A DNA stretch of 64,000 nucleotides from an uncultured virus (IMG/VR IMGVR_UViG_3300025327_000500) (Duplodnaviria; Heunggongvirae; Uroviricota; Caudoviricetes): the IMG/VR virus record IMGVR_UViG_3300025327_000500, one strand, 5' to 3'. This document shows, one piece after another, positions 23,187-33,557 of this stretch. Below the pieces are notes generated by a model. It ran no database searches and had not been told where the DNA came from. It saw only the letters and a program-made list of their open reading frames with translations. How positions within the stretch are numbered: position 1 is the first letter of the stretch; the number at the start of each line of letters is the position of its first letter. The position numbers were made by a program, and so were the translations under genes.

Positions 23187-24647
23187 ATGACAGAAAGAAA
23201 ATGGAGTAAATACCAAACTGCAATATTTGATTGGGTCACTAATACAAATGACGCTTCTGGTAATCTCATGGTAGAAGCTGTGGCTGGCAGCGGCAAAACC
23301 ACTACTGGTGTGGAGGCTTTCAAATTGTTACCAGAAAATTGTGTTAGCATCTTTGTAGCTTTCAATAAACATATTCAATTAGAACTGCAACAAAGATTAC
23401 CACAAACTGCAATAGCCATGACATATCACGCTCTTGGTTTCAAAGCAATTCGAGATGCGTTCGGTAAAGTGGCAGTTGATGGATATAAAAATGATACCAT
23501 TCTAAAAAGCAGAATCGGGAAGAATCTGCAATATCTGTTTGGTTCTATCAAACAAATAACCTCCTTATTCAAATCCAATAATGAAGAATTTGATTATGAA
23601 ATAATGAAAGATACAATTTCATATTATGGGATTGATATTGGGGATGATGATGAGAAGAATCTTCCGATTATTGCAAAAGAAGTTGAGTATCTTCTTCGAC
23701 CAGATCATATAGAGGATAAAATAATCGACTTCGATGATATGACCTGGTTGCCCATAAAATTGAAATTGCCATGCCCTAAATACGATTTTATTTTTGTAGA
23801 TGAGGTGCAAGATACTAACAAAGTACAAATGGAATTGGCCCTGATGCACGTAAATGGTTATAGTAGAATTGCTGCATGCGGGGATAAATTTCAAAGCATT
23901 TATGGTTGGCGAGGAGCGGATGTAAATTCTATTTCTAACTTAACCAATAAATTGCAGGCTGACATTTTACCTTTGAGTATTACTTATCGCAATCCCACAA
24001 AAGTAATAGATTTAGTAAAATCTAAATATCCTCACATTCTAATTGAACCAAGAGAAAATGCACCTGAAGGTATTGTAGAAGATATTTCTTATGATAAAGC
24101 GTTACCAAAGATGGTATCTGGCGATATGATTTTGTGTAGGCTAAATGCTCCTTTGGTTCAGCCTTGTATGCAATTAATCTCCCAAGGCAGAAAAGCGATT
24201 ATAAAAGGCAAGGATATAGGCAAAAATTTAGTTGTTTTGATAAAGAAAATTCAAAAATTGCGTAATCCATACAATATTTATGAGTTTATGAGTGATCTGA
24301 AAGACTTCACAGAAATCGAAACTCAAAAATTATATATGGCAGAGAAGTTTACTCAAGCAACCATTCTGCAAGATAAATGCGATACGATTATCGCACTTGC
24401 TGAAGGTAGCAATTCTGTATATGATTTGATTTATAAAACAGAAATGATTTTCAATGATGAAACAGAAGGAATTACGTTTTCTACGGTGCATAAGGCAAAA
24501 GGGTTGGAGGCTGAAAGTATATATATCCTTCGACCAGATTTAATACCATTCAGTAGAGCTAAACTTCCCTGGCAAGTTCAGCAGGAAGCAAACATTGAAT
24601 ATGTAGCTTATACAAGATCACTAAATAATTTGTTCTTTATTCGATGA
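23187..24647 (+). CDS. UvrD/Rep-family SF1 helicase
   Basis: AVAGSGKTT, VDEVQD, GDKFQSIYGWRGA, TVHKAKGLE, YVAYTR. Confidence 0.92.
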   Translation: MTERKWSKYQTAIFDWVTNTNDASGNLMVEAVAGSGKTTTGVEAFKLLPENCVSIFVAFNKHIQLELQQRLPQTAIAMTYHALGFKAIRDAFGKVAVDGYKNDTILKSRIGKNLQYLFGSIKQITSLFKSNNEEFDYEIMKDTISYYGIDIGDDDEKNLPIIAKEVEYLLRPDHIEDKIIDFDDMTWLPIKLKLPCPKYDFIFVDEVQDTNKVQMELALMHVNGYSRIAACGDKFQSIYGWRGADVNSISNLTNKLQADILPLSITYRNPTKVIDLVKSKYPHILIEPRENAPEGIVEDISYDKALPKMVSGDMILCRLNAPLVQPCMQLISQGRKAIIKGKDIGKNLVVLIKKIQKLRNPYNIYEFMSDLKDFTEIETQKLYMAEKFTQATILQDKCDTIIALAEGSNSVYDLIYKTEMIFNDETEGITFSTVHKAKGLEAESIYILRPDLIPFSRAKLPWQVQQEANIEYVAYTRSLNNLFFIR

Positions 24648-24742
24648 AGGAGGTCTAAAATGGGATTACTTGCAATAGTTCTAATTCTAATCGTAATGTT
24701 AGGTAGCTTGTATCTGAATGAAAAGATGTGGAACGGAAAACT

Positions 24743-24785
24743 CTAATCCAACATTAATCGTGTAACAAAGAATATAGTCTATAAT
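24743..24785 (+). promoter_or_regulatory. promoter: CTAA-N7-TTAA box + TATAAT
   Basis: Box 24743-24757; TATAAT at 24780. Confidence 0.55.
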
Positions 24786-24810
24786 AAAAATAAAATTGGA
24801 GGCATAAAAT

Positions 24811-25185
24811 ATGACGACACCAGAAGAGTTAATGACAACTTATGAAAGCCTGCTAGATAAATTAGAAATTGTACAAGCAGAACGGGAACTCATTGTGAAA
24901 AAAGCATTAGAAACTGTGGCGCACGAATTAGAAATATTAGATGAATCTCTTACTACCCTTAACAACGTAGCCGCTTCTGCCAAAACTGAAGTGGAAGTTG
25001 CTGTCTTAGATAAAAAAGAAACAATTTCCGGTGAGCACTATATGGCAGTTTGGAACAAGGGCAGAGAAAGTTGGGATGGCTCTAAACTAAATGGCTTTGC
25101 TATGGCCCATCCTGAAATCTTACAAGCAAAAAAGATTGGTGAACCGACTGTTTCATTCAGAAAGATTACTAAAAAGGATAAATAA
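24811..25185 (+). CDS. coiled-coil protein (Gam/Gp157-like)
   Basis: Long N-terminal coiled coil then SWD..KL...HPE...K.GEPTVSF. Confidence 0.45.
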   Translation: MTTPEELMTTYESLLDKLEIVQAERELIVKKALETVAHELEILDESLTTLNNVAASAKTEVEVAVLDKKETISGEHYMAVWNKGRESWDGSKLNGFAMAHPEILQAKKIGEPTVSFRKITKKDK

Positions 25186-25186
25186 T

Positions 25187-25504
25187 ATGGAAGGAGAACG
25201 ATCATTTTCTCTCAAAAACGGGACTAAAGTTTATTTCAATATAAAATGGCTTCCAGTAGAAGAATATCGCAAAATGACCGTTTGTGTTATTGAAACCAAA
25301 GCTCATAAATTTTATTCTGGAGTGGCTGTGAGAGCACCCAATGATGAATTTGACTTGAGAACTGGTAGACAAGTCAGTTTGAAAAGAGCTTGTGAAGCAA
25401 TGTATCACACTAAGATTGTATCACATTGGAATTATAAACTAATTTGGTCTGAAATTCGTTGTCAGTTGCGACAAGAAAAAGAGGAAAAAAATGTTGAACA
25501 ATAA
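25187..25504 (+). CDS. hypothetical protein
   Basis: GVAVRAPNDEFD..TGR..SLKRA motif typical of small phage proteins. Confidence 0.6.
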   Translation: MEGERSFSLKNGTKVYFNIKWLPVEEYRKMTVCVIETKAHKFYSGVAVRAPNDEFDLRTGRQVSLKRACEAMYHTKIVSHWNYKLIWSEIRCQLRQEKEEKNVEQ

Positions 25505-25904
25505 AAAGATTGTGAAAGTGCCGATTGCTGGTATTTTATATTCTGGCAATGAGAAATACGATTTACTCAAACCTGATCCAGTTGCAAAGGATAGTTGGCA
25601 ACCTGATAATGTTTTGAGATTTTTTGGAGTTCCACATGAAACCGAGGCAAAAAAGATTGATGGCTATGATTGGCAACAAGTACATGATTTTCCTCGCCAT
25701 ATTATTGTATCTGGAACATGGCATATAGATTATGGTTCCAATGGCAAGGAAATTTGGATAACTTCTTACGATCAAGATGAAACCTATATTTCTAATGCCG
25801 AAGAACCAACCAAAGATGAGAGTTATAAAATTGTTGACCCTAAAGATGGCACGGTTTATAAATATGCTGAATTAGAACTGGCAATGAATAGAGCACAAAA
25901 ATGA
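25491..25904 (+). CDS. hypothetical protein
   Basis: Operon packing, GAGG RBS. Confidence 0.6.
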   Translation: MLNNKKIVKVPIAGILYSGNEKYDLLKPDPVAKDSWQPDNVLRFFGVPHETEAKKIDGYDWQQVHDFPRHIIVSGTWHIDYGSNGKEIWITSYDQDETYISNAEEPTKDESYKIVDPKDGTVYKYAELELAMNRAQK

Positions 25905-26236
25905 CAGATGAACCTAAAAAACCGCTGACTCTAACTATCCCTATAAATTTTATGTGGAGTAAAGTAATACCTGATCCTCGGCCATATAAACCTGGCAAGC
26001 CAGTTCTAATGCCAATAGATGTTGTAGTTGTAATAGATGTACCTCTAGCTGGTGTATACGTGTATAATGCTTTTGAGATTTTAGAAGCTCAATTAACATC
26101 AGGCAATTCAAAAGTTCCAAGCCCTTTGCTTACTCCAAAAGGGATGCAATTTTGTGTATCTACATTAGAAGATGCCATGACACAGCGTGCAACTTCTATT
26201 GATGATTTTGATAAAGTCGAATGGGATGAGAAATAG
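25901..26236 (+). CDS. hypothetical protein
   Basis: ATGA overlap with the previous gene. Confidence 0.6.
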   Translation: MTDEPKKPLTLTIPINFMWSKVIPDPRPYKPGKPVLMPIDVVVVIDVPLAGVYVYNAFEILEAQLTSGNSKVPSPLLTPKGMQFCVSTLEDAMTQRATSIDDFDKVEWDEK

Positions 26237-26251
26237 AAAGGGAAAAATAAT

Positions 26252-26503
26252 ATGCACGAAGAAATAAAAGGATTTTTAATAGGAATCTGTTTTTCTTTAC
26301 TAATCTTTGTATTGCTTGGTTCAGCCTTAATTGATTTGACAATACAAGGACAACAAGATTTTCATTGTGAAATTTTGGCTAAACAAATAAGTGCACAAAC
26401 TCAACGAGTTGTCAATAAAAGCTGTGAATTACAATTTGAAGATGGAATTTGGATCACTCAAGCTAAATATATCAAACAATTAATTTCAGAAAGGGAAAAA
26501 TAA
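26252..26503 (+). CDS. small membrane-anchored protein
   Basis: N-terminal TM; C...C.L..EDG like 16377-16601. Confidence 0.6.
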   Translation: MHEEIKGFLIGICFSLLIFVLLGSALIDLTIQGQQDFHCEILAKQISAQTQRVVNKSCELQFEDGIWITQAKYIKQLISEREK

Positions 26504-26504
26504 A

Positions 26505-27347
26505 ATGACTTACAGACCTCCAACAGTTTCACGTCAATCTCTGAAAGGCAAAGCAAAGGTTCAAAAAGGCAAGGTAAATGGTAAAGAAGTTCTCGGTGTT
26601 ACTTTCGAGGATAACACTGAGATGACGTACACAATTATGAGAAAAGATGCCCCATCTTACGCCGCCGCTGGTATGTTTTATGTGCGTCTCTCACAAGACA
26701 AAACTAAGATTGATTCGATGTCGCCTCTCAACGGATCATTCAAAGTAAAAACTTCTTCTTTTCCATCCAAAGAAGGGGAAGAACCAGCACCTTATGTTGT
26801 AGTCAACAAACAATATGGTACGTCCAGCGAGAAATTCAATGTCTTGCTGGATGTGGTTGGCCCAAAACATGCTGGAATGTCAATCTTGCTGATCCTTCCT
26901 TATTATTGGTTCGAGAGCGCCCAAGAAGAGGTAAAGGGTAAAATGTATGATGTTCTTGGATTAATTGAACCAAAAAAACCAAGTCCAGGACATAGAGTTC
27001 TACGCAATTATTTATTGGTTTCTGGTGCTTGGGATGCTGGCCCTATCCAATTCAAAGACAACGTATTACCTTCTTTACAGAAGCGTATTCTTCGAGCAAA
27101 TAAAGAGTTTGATGTAGTGCTCCAAGATGGATTTGTGTCGACTATCGTTATGGAAGATGATGAAGATTTTGGCGAGGAAAAATCTGATGCCCCTAGCAGT
27201 TGGGGAGATGAAAAAGAAGAAACTGAAACCAAATCAACAACTAAGAAAACTGAAGAGACGACATCTTGGGGTGAACCAGATGAGGCCGAAGAGTTTACCG
27301 AAGAAAAAGAAACAGAAGATGCTGTTGCTCCTTGGAATGAAGTTTAG
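26505..27347 (+). CDS. probable single-stranded DNA-binding protein
   Basis: Long acidic C-terminal tail ending APWNEV; upstream of primase/helicase. Confidence 0.5.
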   Translation: MTYRPPTVSRQSLKGKAKVQKGKVNGKEVLGVTFEDNTEMTYTIMRKDAPSYAAAGMFYVRLSQDKTKIDSMSPLNGSFKVKTSSFPSKEGEEPAPYVVVNKQYGTSSEKFNVLLDVVGPKHAGMSILLILPYYWFESAQEEVKGKMYDVLGLIEPKKPSPGHRVLRNYLLVSGAWDAGPIQFKDNVLPSLQKRILRANKEFDVVLQDGFVSTIVMEDDEDFGEEKSDAPSSWGDEKEETETKSTTKKTEETTSWGEPDEAEEFTEEKETEDAVAPWNEV

Positions 27348-27385
27348 TAGTATAATAGCAAAACTATAACTTCTCTTTGAAAATT

Positions 27386-27411
27386 GGGCACGTTTCTTAT
27401 CAGACGTGCCC
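27386..27411. terminator. GC-rich hairpin after the SSB-like gene
   Basis: GGGCACGT...ACGTGCCC; weak U-tract. Confidence 0.4.
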
Positions 27412-27486
27412 GAAACAATTTATAGAGCAAAAATATAAAAATTGAATGCACAAATCATATAAGCAATTCTTATTGCAAAGGAATGT

Positions 27487-27885
27487 ATGAATTATCCTAC
27501 AATATCATTCAATAGCTACCTTAATAAAATGTCTAAGATGAGGAACACTGGATATGCTATAAAAGATTGGCTGATGGTAGGATGGGCTGATAGTCAGTAC
27601 AAAATCATCCACATCTTCAATTGCTTTGGATACAGAATTACCACATTGAAATTTGTATCCTGGCATGACGCAGTACAGACAGCAGATTTTATAGACAAAT
27701 GCTACGGAGATCACTATTTCCACTTATGGCTAGAAAATCCAGAAGCAAATGTAATTCAACTCACTCGTTACACTGTTCCAGATGGAGAAATCTTATACAA
27801 TCTTCTACAGATAAAACATGAGAACCAAATTATTGAATTTGAAACTCTAATGGGTGAATATGAACAACTTAGATTTGGTGTTTGA
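27487..27885 (+). CDS. hypothetical protein
   Basis: AAGGA RBS. Confidence 0.6.
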   Translation: MNYPTISFNSYLNKMSKMRNTGYAIKDWLMVGWADSQYKIIHIFNCFGYRITTLKFVSWHDAVQTADFIDKCYGDHYFHLWLENPEANVIQLTRYTVPDGEILYNLLQIKHENQIIEFETLMGEYEQLRFGV

Positions 27886-28672
27886 GAGATTAGGAGGAAA
27901 AAGATATGAAAGATACCTCGCCGTTCTTTGCCCCTTTCATCCAGATACAAAACCCTCGTGCTTTGTTTATCTTGATAGATACTTTTGCTCGGCTTGTGGA
28001 GCTGGAGGCACAACCTCTAATCTCCTACGAAAGATTGGATCACTCCCTGAAAGAGCTAATGTACAGTCTACATCAGCAACTCGAAATCCGTTTACAAGAT
28101 GGCTTACACAATTTAGAACTATACAAAGAATATGTAATACTAGTAGCAAAAGAACTTCGACTTACTTGGGGCAGCGAGGCATATCTGAGCACATACAGCG
28201 ATCACTCAAATTGGGAGTTTTGGAGAATTGGATTGTATTTCCGATCCTCGACCACTTTGGGGATATTACAGGTGCGGTTGCTAGACGAGGAGGGGAAAGT
28301 ATATCAAGGACTAAATATGTCCTTCCCTATGGACAAAATTCAGGACTTCTTTACGTTCCTAGCTGGCAAACAATAAAAGAGCAAAAAGAAATTTTTGTTA
28401 CTTTTGGCATTATAGATGCAATCACACTGTTTATATTAGGTAAAGCCTCTTGTTCCACTACAACAGGACAACATATAAATATAGAAGCCTTTTCAAATAT
28501 AAAAAAGAAGATTACTTTTATTCCAGATGAATTAGAAGAGAAATCTGCATATCAAATATCTACCCAGTTAGGTTTGCGAGGATCAGTAAAAGTATTGCCT
28601 TATCCGTATGGTACAAAGGACGTTTCAGACTGGTTCATGCAAGATAGAAAATCTTTGGAGGCTATATTATGA
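27854..28672 (+). CDS. DNA primase (CHC2 zinc finger + TOPRIM-like)
   Basis: CPFHPDTKPS..YFCSACGAGG; FGIIDAIT (catalytic E apparently replaced); KDVSD. Confidence 0.8.
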   Translation: MNMNNLDLVFERLGGKRYERYLAVLCPFHPDTKPSCFVYLDRYFCSACGAGGTTSNLLRKIGSLPERANVQSTSATRNPFTRWLTQFRTIQRICNTSSKRTSTYLGQRGISEHIQRSLKLGVLENWIVFPILDHFGDITGAVARRGGESISRTKYVLPYGQNSGLLYVPSWQTIKEQKEIFVTFGIIDAITLFILGKASCSTTTGQHINIEAFSNIKKKITFIPDELEEKSAYQISTQLGLRGSVKVLPYPYGTKDVSDWFMQDRKSLEAIL

Positions 28673-29859
28673 GTACATGGGGTGAAACTTCGGCTGCTGT
28701 TTTAGGTTTGTGTATGGAACATCGTCTCGCCAGTAATGTAGTAAATAAAAGTTATCTTATGCCTCCATTTGATGAAGCATTTGAAGAGTTCAAGAAAACT
28801 GGTGATGTCGGTCTTACAATCGAAAAAGTAGGATTAGATATAATCCAAGATGCTTTAGACAAATCGAAAGCAATCAATGGCACATCCAAGCTCGCTGATT
28901 GGGTTGCTATGTTAGAACGATCCAAGAATAATTACGAAGCTGGTGAGCTTTTAGGTAGAATGTCTAAAAAATTGCTACAAGGTGAACAGGTGGATTGGGC
29001 TAGAGTTTCTTCTATTGCAACCAAAGCTACAATAGGCACAGGAAATGGTTTTACCCCTGCCAGTCAGATAACAGCAATGGAAATTCCTTTCAAAAAGACT
29101 GGTTTCAAAGCAATAGATTGCCATTTTGGAGGTATTCCTGCAATCGGTCAGGTATTGGTAGGTGCTATGCCAGGTGCAGGTAAAACTACATTTATGCTGC
29201 AATTGGCTGCTTGTTGGGTAAAGATGTATCCAAAAGAGGTTGTACTAATTTTTACTTTGGAGATGACTAAAGAAGAATTGAAAATGAGATTACAAGAATT
29301 GGCTAACCTTTCTCAAGATGAATTAGATAGAATACTTGTAGAAGATGCTCCAATGACGGTTGAAGAAACTCTTAGCAAGGCTGCAACCATAGATAAACGT
29401 GGCCTAATGTGCGTAGATTTTATTGATCTTCTGGTACAGGGAGAGGCCAATGAGAGTAATTATTCTCGTATCTATATGAATTATATGTTAGGAGCAAAAT
29501 CTTTACGAATGCCAATTGTTGTTTTGGTGCAGCTCTCTTACAAATATATTGGTGGCATTCCTAGAACTCATCACATTCGTTATACATCATTAGCTCAATC
29601 TTTAGCCTGGATGTTGTTGATGTTATATAATCCTAATTCTGGATGGTTCAAAGAAGAGAAAGAAGATGAAATTTTACCATGTGTTAAAGATACTGCTTAT
29701 ATTATAGGATGGAAAGCGAGAGGAGGATTTAGACCAGAAAAAGATGATACTAAACTAAAAAATGGATTGCCTAGAGCAATCCAAATACCCTATGTAGGCT
29801 CTAAAGGTTGGCATCCTGCCCATCCTGGTAAATTGTATATGTTAGATAAACTATCTTAG
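28669..29859 (+). CDS. DnaB-like replicative helicase
   Basis: GAMPGAGKTT, FTLEM, CVDFIDLL, VVLVQL. Confidence 0.85.
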   Translation: MSTWGETSAAVLGLCMEHRLASNVVNKSYLMPPFDEAFEEFKKTGDVGLTIEKVGLDIIQDALDKSKAINGTSKLADWVAMLERSKNNYEAGELLGRMSKKLLQGEQVDWARVSSIATKATIGTGNGFTPASQITAMEIPFKKTGFKAIDCHFGGIPAIGQVLVGAMPGAGKTTFMLQLAACWVKMYPKEVVLIFTLEMTKEELKMRLQELANLSQDELDRILVEDAPMTVEETLSKAATIDKRGLMCVDFIDLLVQGEANESNYSRIYMNYMLGAKSLRMPIVVLVQLSYKYIGGIPRTHHIRYTSLAQSLAWMLLMLYNPNSGWFKEEKEDEILPCVKDTAYIIGWKARGGFRPEKDDTKLKNGLPRAIQIPYVGSKGWHPAHPGKLYMLDKLS

Positions 29860-29870
29860 GAGATGATAAT

Positions 29871-30281
29871 ATGACTAAAAAAATAGAACGTAAATTCAAA
29901 AAAGGTGATAAAGTATTAGTTAAAGCAATTGTGATGACTAAGAAAACGTACCGACTTCCCTTAGGAGGTGGCTTGGAATGGACTAAGAAAACTGTCTTAC
30001 GAGATATACCATTTCAGCCTGAAATTGGCACTCCAAGGCCATTTATGAGATATGAAATAAATAAATCCTTTCCTGGAGTTGTAGTAGGATGGTCTACTCG
30101 TATTTCTGGATTATATACAAACCATAATATAGAATATGCTCCTGATGGTGATAGTTGGGAAAGTGTAGGTATTCTAACTAAAACACAAGTTCATACAGTT
30201 ATTATGGTTTGTCCGATGACTTCAGAGCGTTGGCAGCCTCCAATTGCATGTTTAGAAGAAGATTTAGACAAACTCTCATAG
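29871..30281 (+). CDS. hypothetical protein
   Basis: AGGAG RBS. Confidence 0.6.
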   Translation: MTKKIERKFKKGDKVLVKAIVMTKKTYRLPLGGGLEWTKKTVLRDIPFQPEIGTPRPFMRYEINKSFPGVVVGWSTRISGLYTNHNIEYAPDGDSWESVGILTKTQVHTVIMVCPMTSERWQPPIACLEEDLDKLS

Positions 30282-30317
30282 ATTTCTAATCTTGTATTCA
30301 GATTTATAGTATATAAT
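30275..30317 (+). promoter_or_regulatory. promoter: CTCA-N7-CTAA box + TATAAT
   Basis: Box 30275-30289; TATAAT at 30312. Confidence 0.55.
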
Positions 30318-30339
30318 AAAAGGAAAAGGAGATGATAAT

Positions 30340-30561
30340 ATGAAAGATAAACAAATTACTGGAATAATGCTCTATGGCGTCCAAAGGTGCATCATCGAAA
30401 GAAAAGTAGAAAATGCACCTCATATTTTTGAGACTAGAACATATAAAATCCCATTACATAATAAAGAATTTGCATATCGGCGCATACAAAGACTCATGAA
30501 AATGTTGGAGTTAGATATTAAAAATAAATGGGATTGGAATTTCCTCCATGAAAAGATATAA
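30340..30561 (+). CDS. hypothetical protein
   Basis: AAGGAG RBS. Confidence 0.6.
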   Translation: MKDKQITGIMLYGVQRCIIERKVENAPHIFETRTYKIPLHNKEFAYRRIQRLMKMLELDIKNKWDWNFLHEKI

Positions 30562-30657
30562 ACAGCTTCTTGAAACAATTTTCATAGTGATATTTTTCAG
30601 TTTATTATTTACAAGTATCATAGGAATTTATTTGCTCTCGATTTTATTCATCTTATC

Positions 30658-32343
30658 ATGAATATACTATATCAGATACCTCCTAAATTGACATCTAAAG
30701 ATTGGGTTGGAGTAGACTTAGAAATCTTCGACCTAAATCAAAAGCAAATGCACAGACCTATTTCTGGCAGATTTGCTTTGTTATCTGTTGCTAATGAGGA
30801 GGATGTATATATAGTAGATAAACAAGAACAGGTTGCCCCCGCACTTGAACAGATTAATAGTGCCTGGTGGATCATTCAAAACGCTAAATTTGATCTTACC
30901 CATCTACGGAGATGGGCTACTGTGCCTCCTAGAGAACGTCTATGGGATACGATGCTGATTGAACGTATTTTATTTGGTGGGTATTATGACACATTCGCCT
31001 TAGATGATCTTGTGCGCAGACATCTTTTCACTCACATCGAAAAAGAACTGCAAAAATCTTTCACTGGTAATGAAATCACACCAGAACAAATCCAATATTC
31101 TGCTATGGATGCTTACGTACTCCCTAAGATTGCTGATGCACAAAAGAAACACATGGATAATAAATCCTGGTCTATTTGGCATGAAATAGACCGACCAGCT
31201 ATGTTCGCTTTTATGGATTTTCAAGGCTTTGGAATTGATGTAGAAAAATGGAAATTATTAGCAATCAGAAATAAAGAACACCAAGAAAGGATAGATGCTG
31301 AACTTCCTGTCAATCCTCGCTCACCAAAACAAGTAGTAGAATTTCTAAAAGCAAATGGATTCAAAAGACTAGAAAATTCTAAAGCTGATAGTTTAGAGAA
31401 ATTCGGTCTAAAATATCCGAATACAATTGCTGCAAATGTGGCCCGAAAAATTCTTGAAAGTAGAGTTTACGGGAAAAGAGCTTCCACTTATGGAATTGAT
31501 TTCATCGAAGAATATTTAGAATATGAAGGTGACTTCCCCTTTATTTACTGTAATTATTGGGTAACAGGAGCAGAAACAGGTCGAAGTGCATCAGATCATC
31601 CCAACATGCAAAACATTGTGGCTAGAGATACCAACGAATTTCGAGAATGTTTCATCCCACGTCCAAATCGCAAACTTCTGATTGCTGACTTTTCTGCTCA
31701 AGAAGTATTTATCAATGCTTATATTACTCAAGATAAAAATTTGATGGGTGTATGCAATTCTGGAAAAGATATTTATTGCCTGATGGCAAAGATGATGTAC
31801 GATGTAGATATTGATAAAAAGCATCCACTCAGAAAAAGGATGAAAGCAGTAGTTTTGGGTATTGATTATGGAATGTCCACACAAGGATTGGCACGCAAGG
31901 AAAATATTTCCGATGAAGAGGCTGAAGAAACATTATTCAAATTCTTCAAGATTTTTCCTGGTGTGAAAAAGTGGATGAATAAACAGGAAAGCGCAGGAAA
32001 ATATGTAACTACTGTAGATGATAGAAAATGTTGGCTAAATCCACTCAATAACCAAAGTTATCGTAATGCTCTCAATTCACCCATTCAAGGCTCTGCTAGT
32101 GATTGTATGAAAAAAGCATTGGGCAATTTACATCGTCATTGGCCCAATGTATTTACAAATGTACCTTTTCCTGTTGTGGGATACATTCATGACGAATTGA
32201 TATTAGATGTTCCAGACGAACATGTTGTAAGTGTATCTAAATTTGTAAAACATATTATGGAGGAGGCTGCTAATAAAATGTTTCCTGGAATGAACTTCAA
32301 AGTAGATGTAAAAATTGCTAATAACTGGTCAGAGAAAGACTAA
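30658..32343 (+). CDS. polA: family A DNA polymerase with 3'-5' exonuclease
   Basis: Exo DLE, NAKFDL, YSAMDA; TGR.AS..PNMQNI; ADFSAQE; RKRMKAVVLGIDYG; NSPIQGSASD; IHDEL. Confidence 0.93.
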   Translation: MNILYQIPPKLTSKDWVGVDLEIFDLNQKQMHRPISGRFALLSVANEEDVYIVDKQEQVAPALEQINSAWWIIQNAKFDLTHLRRWATVPPRERLWDTMLIERILFGGYYDTFALDDLVRRHLFTHIEKELQKSFTGNEITPEQIQYSAMDAYVLPKIADAQKKHMDNKSWSIWHEIDRPAMFAFMDFQGFGIDVEKWKLLAIRNKEHQERIDAELPVNPRSPKQVVEFLKANGFKRLENSKADSLEKFGLKYPNTIAANVARKILESRVYGKRASTYGIDFIEEYLEYEGDFPFIYCNYWVTGAETGRSASDHPNMQNIVARDTNEFRECFIPRPNRKLLIADFSAQEVFINAYITQDKNLMGVCNSGKDIYCLMAKMMYDVDIDKKHPLRKRMKAVVLGIDYGMSTQGLARKENISDEEAEETLFKFFKIFPGVKKWMNKQESAGKYVTTVDDRKCWLNPLNNQSYRNALNSPIQGSASDCMKKALGNLHRHWPNVFTNVPFPVVGYIHDELILDVPDEHVVSVSKFVKHIMEEAANKMFPGMNFKVDVKIANNWSEKD

Positions 32344-32344
32344 T

Positions 32345-32881
32345 ATGCCTTGGGATACTATCGAAACTAAAGATACTGTTGATCCTTTCATCTGTGAAGT
32401 TTGTGGATCAGATGAATGTGTGCCTCCATCTGGCGATGAAGATAGTCCTGTACTTTTCATTGGTGAATATCCAGGCAATGAAGAGATTGCTAAAGGCAGA
32501 CCCTTTATAGGTAGAACTGGAACAATCATCAAAAATGAACTGTTACATGCAGGTTATCAATTCAGCCAATATCGAGTGATGAATTTATGGAGGCATCCAG
32601 CCAACGGCAATGCAGCCTGCTTTGAAATTGGAGTAAAACAATGTCTTGAAGAGGCGAAAAATAAGAGATTGATTGTTTTGATTGGCTCTGAAACAGTAAA
32701 ATACTTTGCCAATAAAAAAGTCAGTGAATGGAATGGATTGCTAGTGCAATCTTCAATGCTAAATTGTGAAAAGATATTAGCGATGGTTCAACCTGCAACA
32801 GTTTTTCATGGTTCAATTGGTGAGATGAAATTCTCTATACAAAGATTGATATATTATCTGAAGGAATTAGAAAATGAATGA
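32345..32881 (+). CDS. uracil-DNA glycosylase family 4-like protein
   Basis: CEVC, FIGEYPGNEE..KGRPFIGRTG; motif B reads QPA rather than HPA. Confidence 0.8.
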   Translation: MPWDTIETKDTVDPFICEVCGSDECVPPSGDEDSPVLFIGEYPGNEEIAKGRPFIGRTGTIIKNELLHAGYQFSQYRVMNLWRHPANGNAACFEIGVKQCLEEAKNKRLIVLIGSETVKYFANKKVSEWNGLLVQSSMLNCEKILAMVQPATVFHGSIGEMKFSIQRLIYYLKELENE

Positions 32882-33557
32882 TGAGATTGTTTTATCTTTT
32901 GATACTGGAATAAAAGATGTGCTTAGATCAGATTGGCAAATTGCATCTGATCTTGCTATAAATATTATTACTGAAACTGAAAATAGGAACGATCCTTTTT
33001 ATGCTTTGGACGCCCTACGGGTTCTACAACGTATGCAGGCTACATCAGGATTGGCTAAAGCACAAATCTTATATTACTTGAATAAGAATTGGACAAAGTT
33101 TGGTATCGAAGATAATCTTATCCACATTGCCGTTCAGTATGGCTTCAAATCTCCAGTTATTATCAAACGGTACATAGATGTTTGGAGTATGTTTGCAGAG
33201 AATAAAATACCTATCCATATACAAGATAAACTAAAAGAAAAACCTATCAATGACTTAGTACCTGTGATGGGTATGTTGAAACGTGGATACACTGCAACCG
33301 ATGAACAATGGAATGAGATTACTAAAAGAGATGGACACACTAAAATTTCTCAGTACATCCGAGAAAATGTAAAGCAAGAACAACCTAGAACTAGTGCTAT
33401 CTTATTTCGAGTGGATAAGAGTGAGAGTATGTTGTATGTAATAAATGATGGAAAGAAATATAAAGTTGCTAAATTGAATTTAGATACAGATGAAACAGTA
33501 ATCCAAACAGCTATAAATAGATTGCTCCATGCAGTAGGAGTTCCAGATGCAATTTAG
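32874..33557 (+). CDS. hypothetical protein
   Basis: Overlap-coupled in the replication operon. Confidence 0.65.
   Translation: MNDEIVLSFDTGIKDVLRSDWQIASDLAINIITETENRNDPFYALDALRVLQRMQATSGLAKAQILYYLNKNWTKFGIEDNLIHIAVQYGFKSPVIIKRYIDVWSMFAENKIPIHIQDKLKEKPINDLVPVMGMLKRGYTATDEQWNEITKRDGHTKISQYIRENVKQEQPRTSAILFRVDKSESMLYVINDGKKYKVAKLNLDTDETVIQTAINRLLHAVGVPDAI

Noticed and set aside
27906..28376. 156-aa alternative-frame ORF inside the primase gene
   Set aside because: No recognisable motif. An AGGAGG lies upstream, so it is not strictly excluded, but there is no positive support.
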